From the NCBI GenBank assembly GCA_013239625.1, contig MU053934.1:10455003-10519002 (forward strand): 64,000 nucleotides of DNA, given 5' to 3'. Both the position numbers and the translations under genes were made by a program. The notes beneath the pieces are model-generated. The model saw only the letters and a list, made by a program, of their open reading frames with translations, made no database searches and had not been told where the DNA came from. This stretch comes from Lama guanicoe (Eukaryota). Numbering within the stretch: position 1 is the first letter of the stretch; each line of letters opens with the position of its first letter. This document shows positions 62,735 to 64,000 of the stretch, piece after piece.

Positions 62735-63010
62735 GCAGAGAACAAATCAGTGCGAAATAATATTTTTACTAAGTTTCTGCTCTCCAGCCTGTGCAGTTGT
62801 ACCAACTTGTTAGCGGGCCCCTGGGAGCGCTGCGGTGCATACTGATGCCGGCTCATGCCAATTACCAGGCTGAGCGATGAAACAGCCTTGTATCGTTTCA
62901 CCAGTGCACGGGAACAGCAGGTGAACGCTATAGTTTATGATTTTCAATTATAAATCAAATAGACTGAGTTCTCGCTTCTCTTAATAAAGGCTGTAAAAGC
63001 ACTGAAGTGT
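62735..63010. promoter_or_regulatory. Candidate conserved enhancer
   Basis: TTTATGA (62934-62940) and ATAAATCA (62950-62957; reverse TGATTTAT, PBX-HOX type), CCAATTA and TTAATAAA. Confidence 0.45.
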
Positions 63011-63414
63011 GTGGACGGGCTTCGGCTCGGGGAAGAAAAAACAGGTCGTGTTTCTAAGTGATCGCTTGTGTGGTGTTTTTGTTTCTGCCACTGTCTGCTG
63101 CACTCAAGGTTCAGAGGAACATTTTAGAATACGTGCATTTGGGAGGAGCCGGGGACTCGGGGCCTGGTTAATTACCCCGGATGTGCTGAGACACGCTCCC
63201 GGCAGACCGGTGATCTCCCATCCCTCTGGGGGCCCTGCCCGTCCTAACACCTGCCCTGCTGCCCCGGGGAGGCGTCCCAGAGGGCGTGGGCGTTTGCTTG
63301 CATCTCTGGGGATGGCGCTCCTGCTGGACCAGAGGTGATGCTCAGGAGAGGATGGGACACGTGGTGATGGGGGGCAGGCCCAGTTCTGTTTCTCCTGAGC
63401 GAATCAGATGGCTT

Positions 63415-63590
63415 CCTTTGAGGATCCTGACTCTGCCCCTTGACAAGCTGATTAACCTGGGCAGTTTACCTGCCCTCTCTGTCCCCAGGTTGCTCCATCT
63501 ATGAACAGCGGGGACAGTAACCCCCCTGGTACATCACACAGAGGCTGACGAGCTGGCCCTGGGAAGCTGCTCGCGATTGCTCCCGGTGCG
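63415..63590 (+). mobile_element. MIR SINE
   Basis: 'ggatcctgactctgcccttgacaagctgattaacctgggcagtttacctgccctctctgtccccaggttgctccatctatgaacagcgggg'. Confidence 0.75.
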
Positions 63591-64000
63591 GGAGGAAAAG
63601 ACGAGAGGGGCAGAAGGAATGAGAGCAACGTTCAGAGCAGTAGACAGAGTACAGAGAGCAGCAAGCAGGTAATTTATGTGTCCGGTAAGAGCTCTGAAGA
63701 CACAGAACTGAGCAAAAATGGGAGACGTGGAAGATGAGTTTTCTCCTTTGAAGAAACAGCTCATTTATCAGGTAGAAACAGCTTATTACACGAAACTCAA
63801 AATGAGACACATCCAGTGAAAAATTTAAATTACAAGGATAAAGGAAACCATGGGGTAAATGTCCAGGTAGAAGAGAGACGGTGCACCAGCCTGGACGAGG
63901 GTCCTCGTGGCCTCGGCTTCCTCCCCTCCTGCATTCAAGGCCCAAATGCCCTCAGAGGGGCGGCTTCTGCCAGGGCCTTAGGAGGTGTGTCCGTGGGGTT

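Overview
Mammalian non-coding genomic DNA from a draft assembly (one 135-N gap). It is most likely camelid (alpaca/llama/camel), judged from two tRNA-derived SINEs resembling the Vic-1 family and from cetartiodactyl-type L1 3' ends. I found no credible protein-coding gene, tRNA, rRNA or CRISPR array. The only ORFs with recognisable protein similarity are broken L1 ORF1/ORF2 fragments; the many long GC-rich ORFs look like compositional artefacts. A large part of the window is old and lineage-specific transposon debris: L1 (several nested, some with TSDs), L2, MIR, MaLR/MLT LTRs, a solo ERV1-type LTR with a perfect 4-bp TSD, and MER31- and MER33-like elements. Two signals stand out. (1) Patchy, strongly directional AT->GC change is visible when repeat copies inside the window are aligned (12/12 and 7/8 differences toward G/C), consistent with local GC-biased gene conversion. 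(2) About a dozen non-repetitive AT-rich islands, dense in homeodomain/FOX-type motifs, sit in the GC-rich background and look like a cluster of conserved enhancers in a gene desert or large intron. Repeat subfamily names come from my recollection of consensus sequences, not a database search, and most repeat boundaries are approximate. I cannot support a claim of a new biological system here.
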